DNA of 12,979 nt, from IMG/VR virus record IMGVR_UViG_2778261447_000015, positions 1 through 12,979 of that record; one strand, 5' to 3'. The first letter of the stretch is position 1. Each line of letters opens with the position of its first letter. Under the pieces are notes generated by a model that saw nothing but the letters and a program-made list of their open reading frames with translations, was not told the origin of the DNA and did no database searches. The position numbers were made by a program, and so were the translations under genes. Shown here in pieces: positions 1 to 7,942 of this stretch. Source of the stretch: a virus. Its lineage: Duplodnaviria > Heunggongvirae > Uroviricota > Caudoviricetes.

Positions 1-1254
1 ATGCTGGAACAAATGGGCATTGCCGCGAAGCAAGCCTCGTATAAATTAGCGCAACTCTCCAGCCGCGAAAAAAATCGCGTGCTGGAAAAAATCGCCGATG
101 AACTGGAAGCACAAAGCGAAATCATCCTCAACGCTAACGCCCAGGATGTTGCTGACGCGCGAGCCAATGGCCTTAGCGAAGCGATGCTTGACCGTCTGGC
201 ACTGACGCCCGCACGGCTGAAAGGCATTGCCGACGATGTACGTCAGGTGTGCAACCTCGCCGATCCGGTGGGGCAGGTAATCGATGGCGGCGTACTGGAC
301 AGCGGCCTGCGTCTTGAGCGTCGTCGCGTACCGCTGGGGGTTATTGGCGTGATTTATGAAGCGCGCCCGAACGTGACGGTTGATGTCGCTTCGCTGTGCC
401 TGAAAACCGGTAATGCGGTGATCCTGCGCGGTGGCAAAGAAACGTGTCGCACTAACGCTGCAACGGTGGCGGTGATTCAGGACGCCCTGAAATCCTGCGG
501 CTTACCGGCGGGTGCCGTGCAGGCGATTGATAATCCTGACCGTGCGCTGGTCAGTGAAATGCTGCGTATGGATAAATACATCGACATGCTGATCCCGCGT
601 GGTGGCGCTGGTTTGCATAAACTGTGCCGTGAACAGTCGACAATCCCGGTGATCACAGGTGGTATAGGCGTATGCCATATTTACGTTGATGAAAGTGTAG
701 AGATCGCTGAAGCATTAAAAGTGATCGTCAACGCGAAAACTCAGCGTCCGAGCACATGTAATACGGTTGAAACGTTGCTGGTGAATAAAAACATCGCCGA
801 TAGCTTCCTGCCCGCATTAAGCAAACAAATGGCGGAAAGCGGCGTGACATTACACGCAGATGCAGCTGCACTGGCGCAGTTGCAGGCAGGCCCTGCGAAG
901 GTGGTTGCTGTTAAAGCCGAAGAGTATGACGATGAGTTTCTGTCATTAGATTTGAACGTCAAAATCGTCAGCGATCTTGACGATGCCATCGCCCATATTC
1001 GTGAACACGGCACACAACACTCCGATGCGATCCTGACCCGCGATATGCGCAACGCCCAGCGTTTTGTTAACGAAGTGGATTCGTCCGCTGTTTACGTTAA
1101 CGCCTCTACGCGTTTTACCGACGGCGGCCAGTTTGGTCTGGGTGCGGAAGTGGCGGTAAGCACACAAAAACTCCACGCGCGTGGCCCAATGGGGCTGGAA
1201 GCACTGACCACTTACAAGTGGATCGGCATTGGTGATTACACCATTCGTGCGTAA
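1..1254 (+). CDS. proA: gamma-glutamyl phosphate reductase (ProA), complete
   Basis: 417 aa ORF starting at window position 1 with ATG and ending TAA at 1252-1254. The translation matches enterobacterial ProA as I recall it ([16 protein letters not shown]... ending ...GDYTIRA). Confidence 0.95.
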
Positions 1255-1368
1255 ATAAAACCGGGTGATGCAAAAGTAGCCATTTGATTCACAAGGCCAT
1301 TGACGCATCGCCCGGTTAGTTTTAACCTTGTCCACCGTGATTCACGTTCGTGAACATGTCCTTTCAGG

Positions 1369-1444
1369 GCCGATATAGCTCAGTTGGTAGAGCAGCGCAT
1401 TCGTAATGCGAAGGTCGTAGGTTCGACTCCTATTATCGGCACCA
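1369..1444 (+). tRNA. thrW: tRNA-Thr (anticodon CGT), thrW-type
   Basis: 76 nt with acceptor stem GCCGATA/TATCGGC, D-loop AGCTCAGTTGGTAGAGC, anticodon loop TTCGTAA, T-arm GGTTCGACTCC, discriminator A and encoded CCA. A phage integrase gene starts 15 bp downstream. Confidence 0.92.
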
Positions 1445-1458
1445 TTTAAATCAATAAG

Positions 1459-2619
1459 TTACCTCGCATTTAAGTAAACTACGTTCTCCTCTTGTGCCGT
1501 ATTTGTGTCATTGCGACTTATAATCGCATCGATTTTGCTCGCGTGCTCGGTGAGATGCCCGGCTGAAAGGTGGGCGTATCTTTGAACCATTTCGAGAGTT
1601 TCCCATCCTCCCATCTCTTTAAGTGCAAGAAGAGAGACACCGGACTGAACCAGCCAGCTTGCCCAGGTATGCCTCAGGTCATGGAAGCGGAAGTTGCTAA
1701 TGCCTGCTCGCTTTAACGCTCCCTTCCATGCCTTGTTGCTGTCGGTTCTCATCTTCCTTACCGCTGCTGTTTTTGTTCCGTCGCTTCGGTAGGCAGGTTT
1801 GGTGTGGACAAACACCCATCTCTTATGGAGACCCTGCTGTTTTCTTAATATCTGGCATGCGGTTTCGTTAAGAGGAACTCCGATCGCATTGCCAGCTTTT
1901 GTTTCATCAGGGTGCATCCATGCCATTTTCTTATCCAGATCGACCTGTGACCACTCAAGGTCTGTAACGTTGGAACGGCGAAGGCCTGTCGTGATTGCAA
2001 ACATGACCACAGGGAAGAAATGAGGAGCAATTTCTGCAAACAGGCGCTTCGATTCCTCCTCTGTAAGCCATCTGATTCGTCCATTCTTAACGCGTGGTGT
2101 TGATATTTTGGGCGCCCTGTCAAGCCATCCCCATTCAACAGCCATATTGAGAATAGCGCGAAGTATTGCCAGATGCCGCGTCTTCGTTCCTTTGCTTGCC
2201 AGCTTTGGTTTATACTCCGGCACTGGCTTGCCAAGCCGCAAACACCTGTCCCGGCTCATCTCCCAGTTCAGGCGATGGCGGCGGTTTTCCATCCCGTCTA
2301 CCGCCTCCATTATTTTTTCTGTTGTTATGTCAGAGAGAATGGTTTCTCTGAAGTGCAACATCCAGAACGATATAATGCTCTTGTCATCATCAATGGACTT
2401 CTTATCCGATTTCTCACGCAGCCACCGTATGCAGGCTTCCTTGAATAGCTTTTTCGGTGATTCTCCGAGATTTTTTACTCTCCACGCTTCTGCTTTCAGA
2501 CGATCGTGAAGTTCTTGCGCTTGCCTCTTGTCCGATGTTTCAAGAGAGCGTCTAACTCTTGATCCATCTGGCGCGACGAAATCGCAGTGCCACGTGCCAC
2601 CGCGTAGTTTGATTGACAT
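1459..2619 (-). CDS. int: phage tyrosine integrase (P22/lambda Int family)
   Basis: 386 aa with C-terminal catalytic region motifs (…FRFHDLRHTWASWLVQSGV…LKEMGGWETLEMVQRYAHL). ATG at 2619 is preceded by AGGAGG at 7 nt spacing. It sits next to the tRNA and resembles P22 Int by recall. Confidence 0.9.
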   Translation of the reverse strand: MSIKLRGGTWHCDFVAPDGSRVRRSLETSDKRQAQELHDRLKAEAWRVKNLGESPKKLFKEACIRWLREKSDKKSIDDDKSIISFWMLHFRETILSDITTEKIMEAVDGMENRRHRLNWEMSRDRCLRLGKPVPEYKPKLASKGTKTRHLAILRAILNMAVEWGWLDRAPKISTPRVKNGRIRWLTEEESKRLFAEIAPHFFPVVMFAITTGLRRSNVTDLEWSQVDLDKKMAWMHPDETKAGNAIGVPLNETACQILRKQQGLHKRWVFVHTKPAYRSDGTKTAAVRKMRTDSNKAWKGALKRAGISNFRFHDLRHTWASWLVQSGVSLLALKEMGGWETLEMVQRYAHLSAGHLTEHASKIDAIISRNDTNTAQEENVVYLNAR

Positions 2620-2843
2620 GCTTTAACCTCCTGCACATCAACCGCATTCACCGCGCTATTGTGTCTCACAGACTTAAGCGCCGCAATGCAGTCTGACTTG
2701 CAAATGCGATATGGGCTTTTAGGTTTATCTGGATTTATCTTTGCGGCCTGAAGTCGTCCACTTCGTATCCACTGCGTGATAGTTCCTTTGTCTACCTTCA
2801 GATACGACGCTGCTTCTTCACGAGTGAAGATTTCTTCTTCCAC
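2496..2843 (-). CDS. xis: excisionase (Xis), winged-helix DNA-binding
   Basis: 115 aa directly upstream of int and overlapping its 5' end, as in lambdoid xis-int. GTG start at 2843 is preceded by GGAGA at 6 nt. The N-terminus (TREEAASYLKVDKGTITQWIRSGRL) is excisionase-like. Confidence 0.7.
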   Translation of the reverse strand: MEEEIFTREEAASYLKVDKGTITQWIRSGRLQAAKINPDKPKSPYRICKSDCIAALKSVRHNSAVNAVDVQEVKACQSNYAVARGTAISSRQMDQELDALLKHRTRGKRKNFTIV

Positions 2844-2908
2844 CTGGAATCTCCATTTATTGAGTTGGTATTATTGCGGTAGGTCTGGATATCTTGATAA
2901 ATGAAAAT

Positions 2909-2927
2909 GCCTCATCGAGTGTGAGGC
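2909..2927 (-). terminator. candidate intrinsic terminator between the ea cassette and xis
   Basis: On the minus strand the stem is GCCTCA / TGAGGC with a 7 nt loop, followed by ATTTTCATTTAT. It lies immediately 3' of the stop of the 2931..3275 gene. Confidence 0.4.
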
Positions 2928-2930
2928 GGG

Positions 2931-3275
2931 TTAGTCCTTGCGTAGCTCGCTGATTATTCTGTAAGTCTCTGGTGCTTTGTTTCCGTGTATCTTCATTTCA
3001 GACTTCAACAGAGCAACGAGGGAATCCCATTCGTTGAGGATGCCTTTGAATGCCGGAACGCGCTTTGCAACCTTGCCGAATGAATCTCTGATTTCTGGAA
3101 TCTGCTCAACAAGTGCAACGCATCGCCGGAAATCTGCTGCGTCATAGGGTGCGTCGAAGTGATGACCATAGATATTCTTTTTCAGGCCACATGCGATTGA
3201 GGCAAGGGTTGCGCTACTGATGCCGACATCGCCAGTTGATTGCCATTTCAAAACCTTCATAGCCAAATCTGACAT
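2931..3275 (-). CDS. hypothetical phage protein (ea region)
   Basis: 114 aa ORF with ATG at 3275 preceded by GGAGA at 6 nt. No family recognised. Confidence 0.5.
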   Translation of the reverse strand: MSDLAMKVLKWQSTGDVGISSATLASIACGLKKNIYGHHFDAPYDAADFRRCVALVEQIPEIRDSFGKVAKRVPAFKGILNEWDSLVALLKSEMKIHGNKAPETYRIISELRKD

Positions 3276-3347
3276 TTCTTGTCTCCATAAAACAAAACCC
3301 GCCGTAGCGAGTTCAGATAAAAGAAATCCCCGCGAGTGCGAGGATTG

Positions 3348-3632
3348 TTATTCATTGCCGATATTCACCTTTATCGCGAACACCTTTACCGGTTTATCAC
3401 CGAAGTGCGGATGTGTGATTGTCTTGATTTCATATCCGTCATACGGAACATCAATTCTACGGCTGGAATCGTCGCGCTTCGGATATCCCTTTGTGATAAT
3501 CAGGCGGTCATACTCCCGGAACATAATTCGCTTATTCCAGTAGTCATTACACAGGCGATACTCTTCCGTTTTCTCTCCACGAATCATGGCATCGAAGTAT
3601 TCACCTTTGACGGAAAGTTGCAGGTTAGCCAC
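3348..3632 (-). CDS. hypothetical protein, possible ASCH/PUA-like fold
   Basis: Preferred start is GTG at 3632, preceded by AGGAGG at 6 nt, giving 94 aa. The longer ATG-3707 form would overlap the upstream gene by 83 bp. The pattern LQLSVKGEYFDAMIRGEKTEEYR ... VKVFAIKV resembles ASCH domains (recall only). Confidence 0.5.
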   Translation of the reverse strand: MANLQLSVKGEYFDAMIRGEKTEEYRLCNDYWNKRIMFREYDRLIITKGYPKRDDSSRRIDVPYDGYEIKTITHPHFGDKPVKVFAIKVNIGNE

Positions 3633-3843
3633 GGTTAACCTCCTGCGCCGTTTTGATGATTGCTGCCAGACAATTCTTGCAAGGAACAAGCAGCGCTCCC
3701 TGCTCAATGCTCAACAGCGCGTGCTGAGCATCCTGAAACAACCAGTCTGAAAATTGTGGCGCATGTCCGCACCACGTTTCTATTTCATGCTTTGCAAGTT
3801 TAACTCCCTCTCGATAGTCATATTTGATGATGTGCTTGCTCAC
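3625..3843 (-). CDS. hypothetical small protein with a Cys/His cluster
   Basis: 72 aa with GTG start at 3843 preceded by AGGAGG at 7 nt. The start overlaps the stop of the upstream gene in a GTGA arrangement. Contains C-x-H ... C-x-x-C. Confidence 0.5.
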   Translation of the reverse strand: MSKHIIKYDYREGVKLAKHEIETWCGHAPQFSDWLFQDAQHALLSIEQGALLVPCKNCLAAIIKTAQEVNRG

Positions 3844-4031
3844 GACTTCACCTCCTGTTGAGCAGAAACCTGATTTTTGAGTGATTCAGAAATATTCCTG
3901 CAATACCTAGCGGATTCATCGTCGAAAATGCTTTCGAAATACTCAGCAATCCAGCCGAACACAACAACCTGCTCATTGCTTGGATTTGCACTTTGATTGA
4001 AGGCGGTTATTAGTGATGCACTCATACTCAC
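3840..4031 (-). CDS. hypothetical small acidic protein
   Basis: 63 aa with AGGAGG upstream. The start is either GTG at 4031 (GTGA overlap with the upstream stop) or ATG at 4025. Confidence 0.45.
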   Translation of the reverse strand: MSMSASLITAFNQSANPSNEQVVVFGWIAEYFESIFDDESARYCRNISESLKNQVSAQQEVKS

Positions 4032-4822
4032 TTAACCTCCTGTTTTGGTGCTGCTGGAAGCGGCATCCAGTGGGTTATGATTACTTCGCGAGGATTGCAG
4101 TCGTCCTCTACTGGCTGCCACTCCGTCCATCCGTTGGTTTGATAGACAAAGAAATAAGCAGGAATGTAGCCTGGTTCATCTCCTTCAAAATATGTTCCCC
4201 AGCAAAGATACAAGCAATTGCTATCAGGCATTCGCTCACTACAGCTTATCCAACCATCCGGAGTTACCGGATAGTTGCGCATTGCGACCTTTAATGCCTC
4301 ATAGAAGCAACCTTTCAGATTGTTGAACTGACGCCCATTTAGCGGGCCGTGTTCAGTCAGCATGTTGTGTAATTTCCATGCCGCGTCGTTTACTTCGCTG
4401 GATGACAGGGGAGGCAACTTGTAAGTTTGGCTTACAGGTTCGGCACCCTGAAGCATGGCGGCGCGGCAGGCATTCCAGCCTCTCACCTCTGCAATAGCGG
4501 CAACAGCATCAACCGCGTACATGCTAAGAGGATTAGGCATTGGTTTTTCTTCCGGTACTACTGGCGCTGGAGGGGTGGCGTATACTTCAATAATCCCATT
4601 ATCAATAGGCCATTCCCCATCCTTGATGTAGTCACTTGTGCCGTCAACTTGCTGTTCTGCAATGTGGAATGCGCCAATAGGCTCTGCTTCCAGCGATGCC
4701 AACGCGATACGCGCCAGTTCCCTAAGATTTTCGCTATATGGTGAAGTATTATCACGGTTGATTACGTGATTAGCTGTATCTATGAGAACTTGCTTTTGTT
4801 CTTCTCTGGTCATAGTGGTCAT
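4028..4822 (-). CDS. two-domain phage protein with C-terminal DUF551-like domain
   Basis: 264 aa. The C-terminal ~70 aa (…WISCSERMPDSNCLYLCWG…ITHWMPLPAAPK) matches the DUF551 pattern common in lambdoid early-left regions (recall). The N-terminal ~190 aa is unassigned. Confidence 0.7.
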   Translation of the reverse strand: MTTMTREEQKQVLIDTANHVINRDNTSPYSENLRELARIALASLEAEPIGAFHIAEQQVDGTSDYIKDGEWPIDNGIIEVYATPPAPVVPEEKPMPNPLSMYAVDAVAAIAEVRGWNACRAAMLQGAEPVSQTYKLPPLSSSEVNDAAWKLHNMLTEHGPLNGRQFNNLKGCFYEALKVAMRNYPVTPDGWISCSERMPDSNCLYLCWGTYFEGDEPGYIPAYFFVYQTNGWTEWQPVEDDCNPREVIITHWMPLPAAPKQEVK

Positions 4823-4823
4823 A

Positions 4824-5123
4824 TCACATCACCCTGAAGCCGTTGCATTTACGTAAGAAATCGCAGATATAGCCCTTCATTTTTTCATGCCAATCTCGAT
4901 CATTCCCATTGCACCAACCATCAGGTGGAGTCCAGTTTTCTATCAGAGCAGCCATTTTCTTTGCTTTCGCCGGAGTAGCTGTTGCGGTATCGCAGTAATG
5001 ACGAGTGTCAACCAACGCATCCATACCATCGATATCAAGTACGCAAAACCATGTGTGATTCGGCATTCCAACAGATGGTATTTGTTGCCCACGTCGACGT
5101 TTATCAATAAGACATACACTCAC
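4824..5123 (-). CDS. hypothetical Cys-rich phage protein
   Basis: 99 aa with GTG start at 5123 preceded by AAGGAGG at 6 nt. Six cysteines. Confidence 0.5.
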   Translation of the reverse strand: MSVCLIDKRRRGQQIPSVGMPNHTWFCVLDIDGMDALVDTRHYCDTATATPAKAKKMAALIENWTPPDGWCNGNDRDWHEKMKGYICDFLRKCNGFRVM

Positions 5124-5245
5124 TGCTTGCCTCCTTTACGCCACATCGCATTCAGATATTTGTTGTCATTAACAGAACCGAAACTCTTTCTTTTAAGCAA
5201 TTCCTCTCTCGATGGCATTGGCTTTACGCGTTGGCGAATAATCAT
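5120..5245 (-). CDS. possible 41 aa small ORF, translationally coupled to the downstream gene
   Basis: ATG at 5245 to TGA at 5120-5122; the stop overlaps the GTG start of the 4824..5123 gene (GTGA). The RBS is weak, and the ORF is below the ORF-track length cutoff. Confidence 0.2.
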   Translation of the reverse strand: MIIRQRVKPMPSREELLKRKSFGSVNDNKYLNAMWRKGGKQ

Positions 5246-5297
5246 TTCTGCCGGAAGAATGCCGGGATTGTATGCAAGTCATCTCATGGTAAATTCC

Positions 5298-5594
5298 TCA
5301 GTCATTACTGATAGCGCCATAGCGTGAGCGGTAATTACGCAGGCGCGGGTCGATATATTCAGGGAAGTGGGTATATGTGGCTTTGCGGAATGGTCGGATT
5401 GATGTCTGGTAAATTCGCTCGTGTTCTTCTTTCTCTGCAAGCCATATACAATGGCGAAATTCCTTTTCCTCTTTCGTTTCCTGCGGTAGCGACATTATCA
5501 GGTCGTAGTTTTTTCTGAATTTATCCAGCACCTCCGATACGGAATTGCCGGAACAGCGGCGCGGGTCATCCGCACCATACAGAGGCGCTGGCAT
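5298..5594 (-). CDS. hypothetical phage protein
   Basis: 98 aa with ATG at 5594 preceded by AGGAGG at 6 nt. It lies immediately downstream of ssb. Confidence 0.5.
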   Translation of the reverse strand: MPAPLYGADDPRRCSGNSVSEVLDKFRKNYDLIMSLPQETKEEKEFRHCIWLAEKEEHERIYQTSIRPFRKATYTHFPEYIDPRLRNYRSRYGAISND

Positions 5595-5607
5595 GATTTC
5601 CTCCTGA

Positions 5608-6123
5608 TTAAATTGCGTGAATAGCGTGACGAGGGAAGGGGAGAGTTACTGGCGCAAATGGTATATCGTCGTCAAACTCCATAGGTGGTTCGCTGTGATT
5701 TCCCTGCTGCTGAGGTTGCTGTCTTTGTTGCTGACCGTTATTTCGCTGAGGTGAAGACTGTTCATTGCCTCCTTGCTTGCCACCAAGCATTTGCATGGTT
5801 CCACCAACGCCCACGATGACTTCGGTAGTGAACCGATCCTGTCCGCTTTGATCCTGCCATTTTCTTGTCCGCAATTTTCCTTCAAGATAAACCTCAGAGC
5901 CTTTTCGCAGATATTCGCTGGCAATTTCTGCCAGTTTCCCGCTCATTACCACGCGGTGCCACTCCGTCTGCTCCTTTTGCTCTCCAGTTTGCTTATCACG
6001 CCATTGTTCTGACGTAGCAACTGTAAGGTTTGCAAATGCCGTTCCTGATGGTGAATATCTGATTTCTGGATCATGCCCAAGGCGACCAATAATGATCACC
6101 TTATTTACGCCTCTGCTTGCCAT
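5608..6123 (-). CDS. ssb: single-stranded DNA-binding protein (SSB) with a 15 aa extension after the DDDIPF motif
   Basis: 171 aa with an OB-fold N-terminus ([18 protein letters not shown]…WHRVV), a Gly/Gln-rich linker and the acidic motif MEFDDDIPF. The ORF continues for 15 more residues ([15 protein letters not shown]) before TAA. Confidence 0.85.
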   Translation of the reverse strand: MASRGVNKVIIIGRLGHDPEIRYSPSGTAFANLTVATSEQWRDKQTGEQKEQTEWHRVVMSGKLAEIASEYLRKGSEVYLEGKLRTRKWQDQSGQDRFTTEVIVGVGGTMQMLGGKQGGNEQSSPQRNNGQQQRQQPQQQGNHSEPPMEFDDDIPFAPVTLPFPRHAIHAI

Positions 6124-6831
6124 TTATGCCGCCTGTTTTAGCTCGTTAACTCTGATGTTCATTACCTGAACGCATTTAGCCTGCGCCTCCTCGTTTCCAG
6201 CCATTAATTGCCAGTCACGCTGATAACGCTCGATGAGTTTTTTCTTGTCAGTTTCTGTTGACGCATAATCGCTGAAGTCTTTCAGGATTTGTTCGCAGTC
6301 AACCGATGGAGATTTCTGGTTGGTATTTTCTGGTGATGGTTTGTTATCTGATGCTGGGATTGCCCATCCCGGCAGCGATGGAGGGAGCCAGTAAAATCCT
6401 GTTCCATCCTTCAGTTTTGCCCTGTGCCACCCCTGCTTTTTATCGAGAGATGTTTGTGCGAAACCTTCCTCAAGGTTATACAGATACCGACCGATTCCCC
6501 ACTGAACGGCAGCGCGCTTCATTGCACCGGAACGACCACCTTTGACGGCTTCTACCTGCGTGTTTTCAGCAGCATCCCATTTGGTTACCCATTCGGAATC
6601 AATCTTTATTGATATGCCGCATTCAACGCCGCCGTTGTTGGGAATATCGCGGTATTCATTGCGCCATCCTGCTTTGCCGCAAACATCGTCCAGGCGTTTC
6701 ATGATTGCCCGGTTCGTGACATAAGCCAGCACCATAGCCCACACTTTGCCATCGCGTGTTTTACCGCTTTGCTGTATTCGCCATTCGATATCTTCAGGGC
6801 TGAATGGCTCATCGAATTTATTCAAATCCAT
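6124..6831 (-). CDS. Rad52-family single-strand annealing protein (recombinase)
   Basis: 235 aa in the bet/erf position, with its stop adjacent to the ssb start. The core (…GKAGWRNEY…GGVECGISIKID…KRAAVQWGIGRYLYN) resembles Rad52/Sak-type annealases (recall). Confidence 0.7.
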   Translation of the reverse strand: MDLNKFDEPFSPEDIEWRIQQSGKTRDGKVWAMVLAYVTNRAIMKRLDDVCGKAGWRNEYRDIPNNGGVECGISIKIDSEWVTKWDAAENTQVEAVKGGRSGAMKRAAVQWGIGRYLYNLEEGFAQTSLDKKQGWHRAKLKDGTGFYWLPPSLPGWAIPASDNKPSPENTNQKSPSVDCEQILKDFSDYASTETDKKKLIERYQRDWQLMAGNEEAQAKCVQVMNIRVNELKQAA

Positions 6832-6918
6832 AATTCACCTCAGAATGGACACGGCCCAAGGAAATAACGCTGATTTAATACTTCAGTCTTTGCCGCATTT
6901 AAAAATACGCGAACACCT

Positions 6919-7089
6919 TCACGATCTCCCTTCTGGCGATACATTAACGCCTGCTGCGTGTACATGCGTCTCTGTAACTTGCTCTCCTTCACTGTGGTTG
7001 CAAGTGACATGAATATCTCCTTCGTTACCGATTAATTCTTTCATCTGACGAATAAATTCTTCGTCTGACCAGTTATCTGTAAAACTCAT
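6919..7089 (-). CDS. hypothetical small protein in the kil-equivalent position
   Basis: ORF in the track is 6919..7104 with a GTG start. The first ATG, at 7089, gives 56 aa and has only a weak RBS. Function unknown. Confidence 0.3.
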   Translation of the reverse strand: MSFTDNWSDEEFIRQMKELIGNEGDIHVTCNHSEGEQVTETHVHAAGVNVSPEGRS

Positions 7090-7222
7090 TTCCTGCGATA
7101 CCACGGAAGGTTGATAGCTGATTTCATCGCTTTATTTGCTTCAAGCCACATTTTTGAATCACCAATAAATCTGGCTATTACTGCTTTGTTTTGTGCCGCA
7201 CGAAGCATCTGGTGATTGATGG

Positions 7223-7357
7223 CTATTTCATTGCGCATAACGCCTCCAGTTGTTTCTTTGCTGCTCTGATTAATTGTTTAACTCGGCGTGATAATTCAGA
7301 TTCGTGCGGGTAGAAAGCGGACATGACGCCGCTACCCGCGAGCTGAAAGTGCATCAT
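7223..7357 (-). CDS. cIII: CIII-like protein (putative FtsH inhibitor)
   Basis: 44 aa from ATG 7357, preceded by AAGGAG at 6 nt. MHFQLAGSGVMSAFYPHESELSRRVKQLIRAAKK parallels lambda CIII MQYAIAGWPVAGCPSESLLERITRKLRDGWKRL (recall). Position is between the recombination module and N. Confidence 0.5.
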   Translation of the reverse strand: MMHFQLAGSGVMSAFYPHESELSRRVKQLIRAAKKQLEALCAMK

Positions 7358-7432
7358 GGGTAACTCCTTATATTTGATTGCATAACGAAAATGCCTCTGG
7401 TGAAGCATTATTGGTATGCGGTAAAGCCGCGC

Positions 7433-7801
7433 TCAGGCGGCTTTGATAGTCATATCATCTGAATCAAATATTCCTGATGTATCGATATCGGTAATTCTTA
7501 TTCCTTCACTACCATCCATTGGAGGCCATCCTTCCTGACCATTTCCATCATTCCAGTCGAACTCACACACAACACCATATGCATTTAAGTCGCTTGAAAT
7601 TGCTATAAGCAGAGCATGTTGCGCCAGCATGATTAATACAGCATTTAATACAGAGCCGTGTTTATTGAGTCGGTATTCAGAGTCTGACCAGAAATTATTA
7701 ATCTGGTGAAGTTTTTGCTCTGTCATTACGTCATGGTCGATTTCAATTTCTATTGATGCTTTCCAGTCGTAATCAATGATGTATTTTTTGATGTTTGACA
7801 T
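7433..7801 (-). CDS. ea10: Ea10-like protein
   Basis: 122 aa and 369 nt, the same length and relative position as lambda ea10. Sequence identity is from memory and unverified. Confidence 0.5.
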   Translation of the reverse strand: MSNIKKYIIDYDWKASIEIEIDHDVMTEQKLHQINNFWSDSEYRLNKHGSVLNAVLIMLAQHALLIAISSDLNAYGVVCEFDWNDGNGQEGWPPMDGSEGIRITDIDTSGIFDSDDMTIKAA

Positions 7802-7820
7802 CTATTCATATCCTCACAGA

Positions 7821-7847
7821 TAAAAAATCGCCCTCACATTGGAGGGC
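7821..7847 (-). terminator. intrinsic terminator in the PL operon (tL-like)
   Basis: On the minus strand the stem is GCCCTC / GAGGGC with a 6 nt loop, followed by GATTTTTTAT. It lies between the 7943..8143 gene and the ea10-like gene. Confidence 0.6.
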
Positions 7848-7942
7848 AAAGAAGATTTCCAATAATCAGAACAAGTCGGCTCCTGTTTAGTTACGAGCGA
7901 CATTGCTCCGTGTATTCACTCGTTGGAATGAATACACAGTGC

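Noticed and set aside
741-1335. Minus-strand ORFs 741..1052 and 946..1335 inside or overlapping proA
   Set aside because: Antisense shadows of a strongly supported conserved gene; no independent signals.
1255-1368. Imperfect long-range inverted repeat (ACCGGGTGATGC … GCATCGCCCGGT) and TTGACG -35-like motif between proA and the tRNA
   Set aside because: The loop is too long for a typical terminator and promoter elements cannot be placed confidently by eye; left unannotated.
1799-2509. ORFs in alternative frames and strands inside int (1799..2023 +, 1845..2234 -, 2108..2509 +, 2166..2351 +, 2173..2448 +)
   Set aside because: They overlap the integrase coding sequence, which has clear family motifs; treated as frame shadows.
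3633-3707. Long form of the ASCH-like gene starting at ATG 3707
   Set aside because: It would overlap the upstream gene by 83 bp, whereas the in-frame GTG at 3632 has a canonical AGGAGG 6 nt upstream.
3220-7012. Plus-strand and alternate-frame ORFs across the left arm (for example 3220..3543, 3336..3638, 4013..4294, 4427..4744, 4887..5327, 5324..5518, 5773..6012, 6306..6545, 6746..7012, and minus 4558..4755, 5646..5924)
   Set aside because: They run antisense to or out of frame with a coherent, tightly coupled minus-strand operon and lack RBS support.
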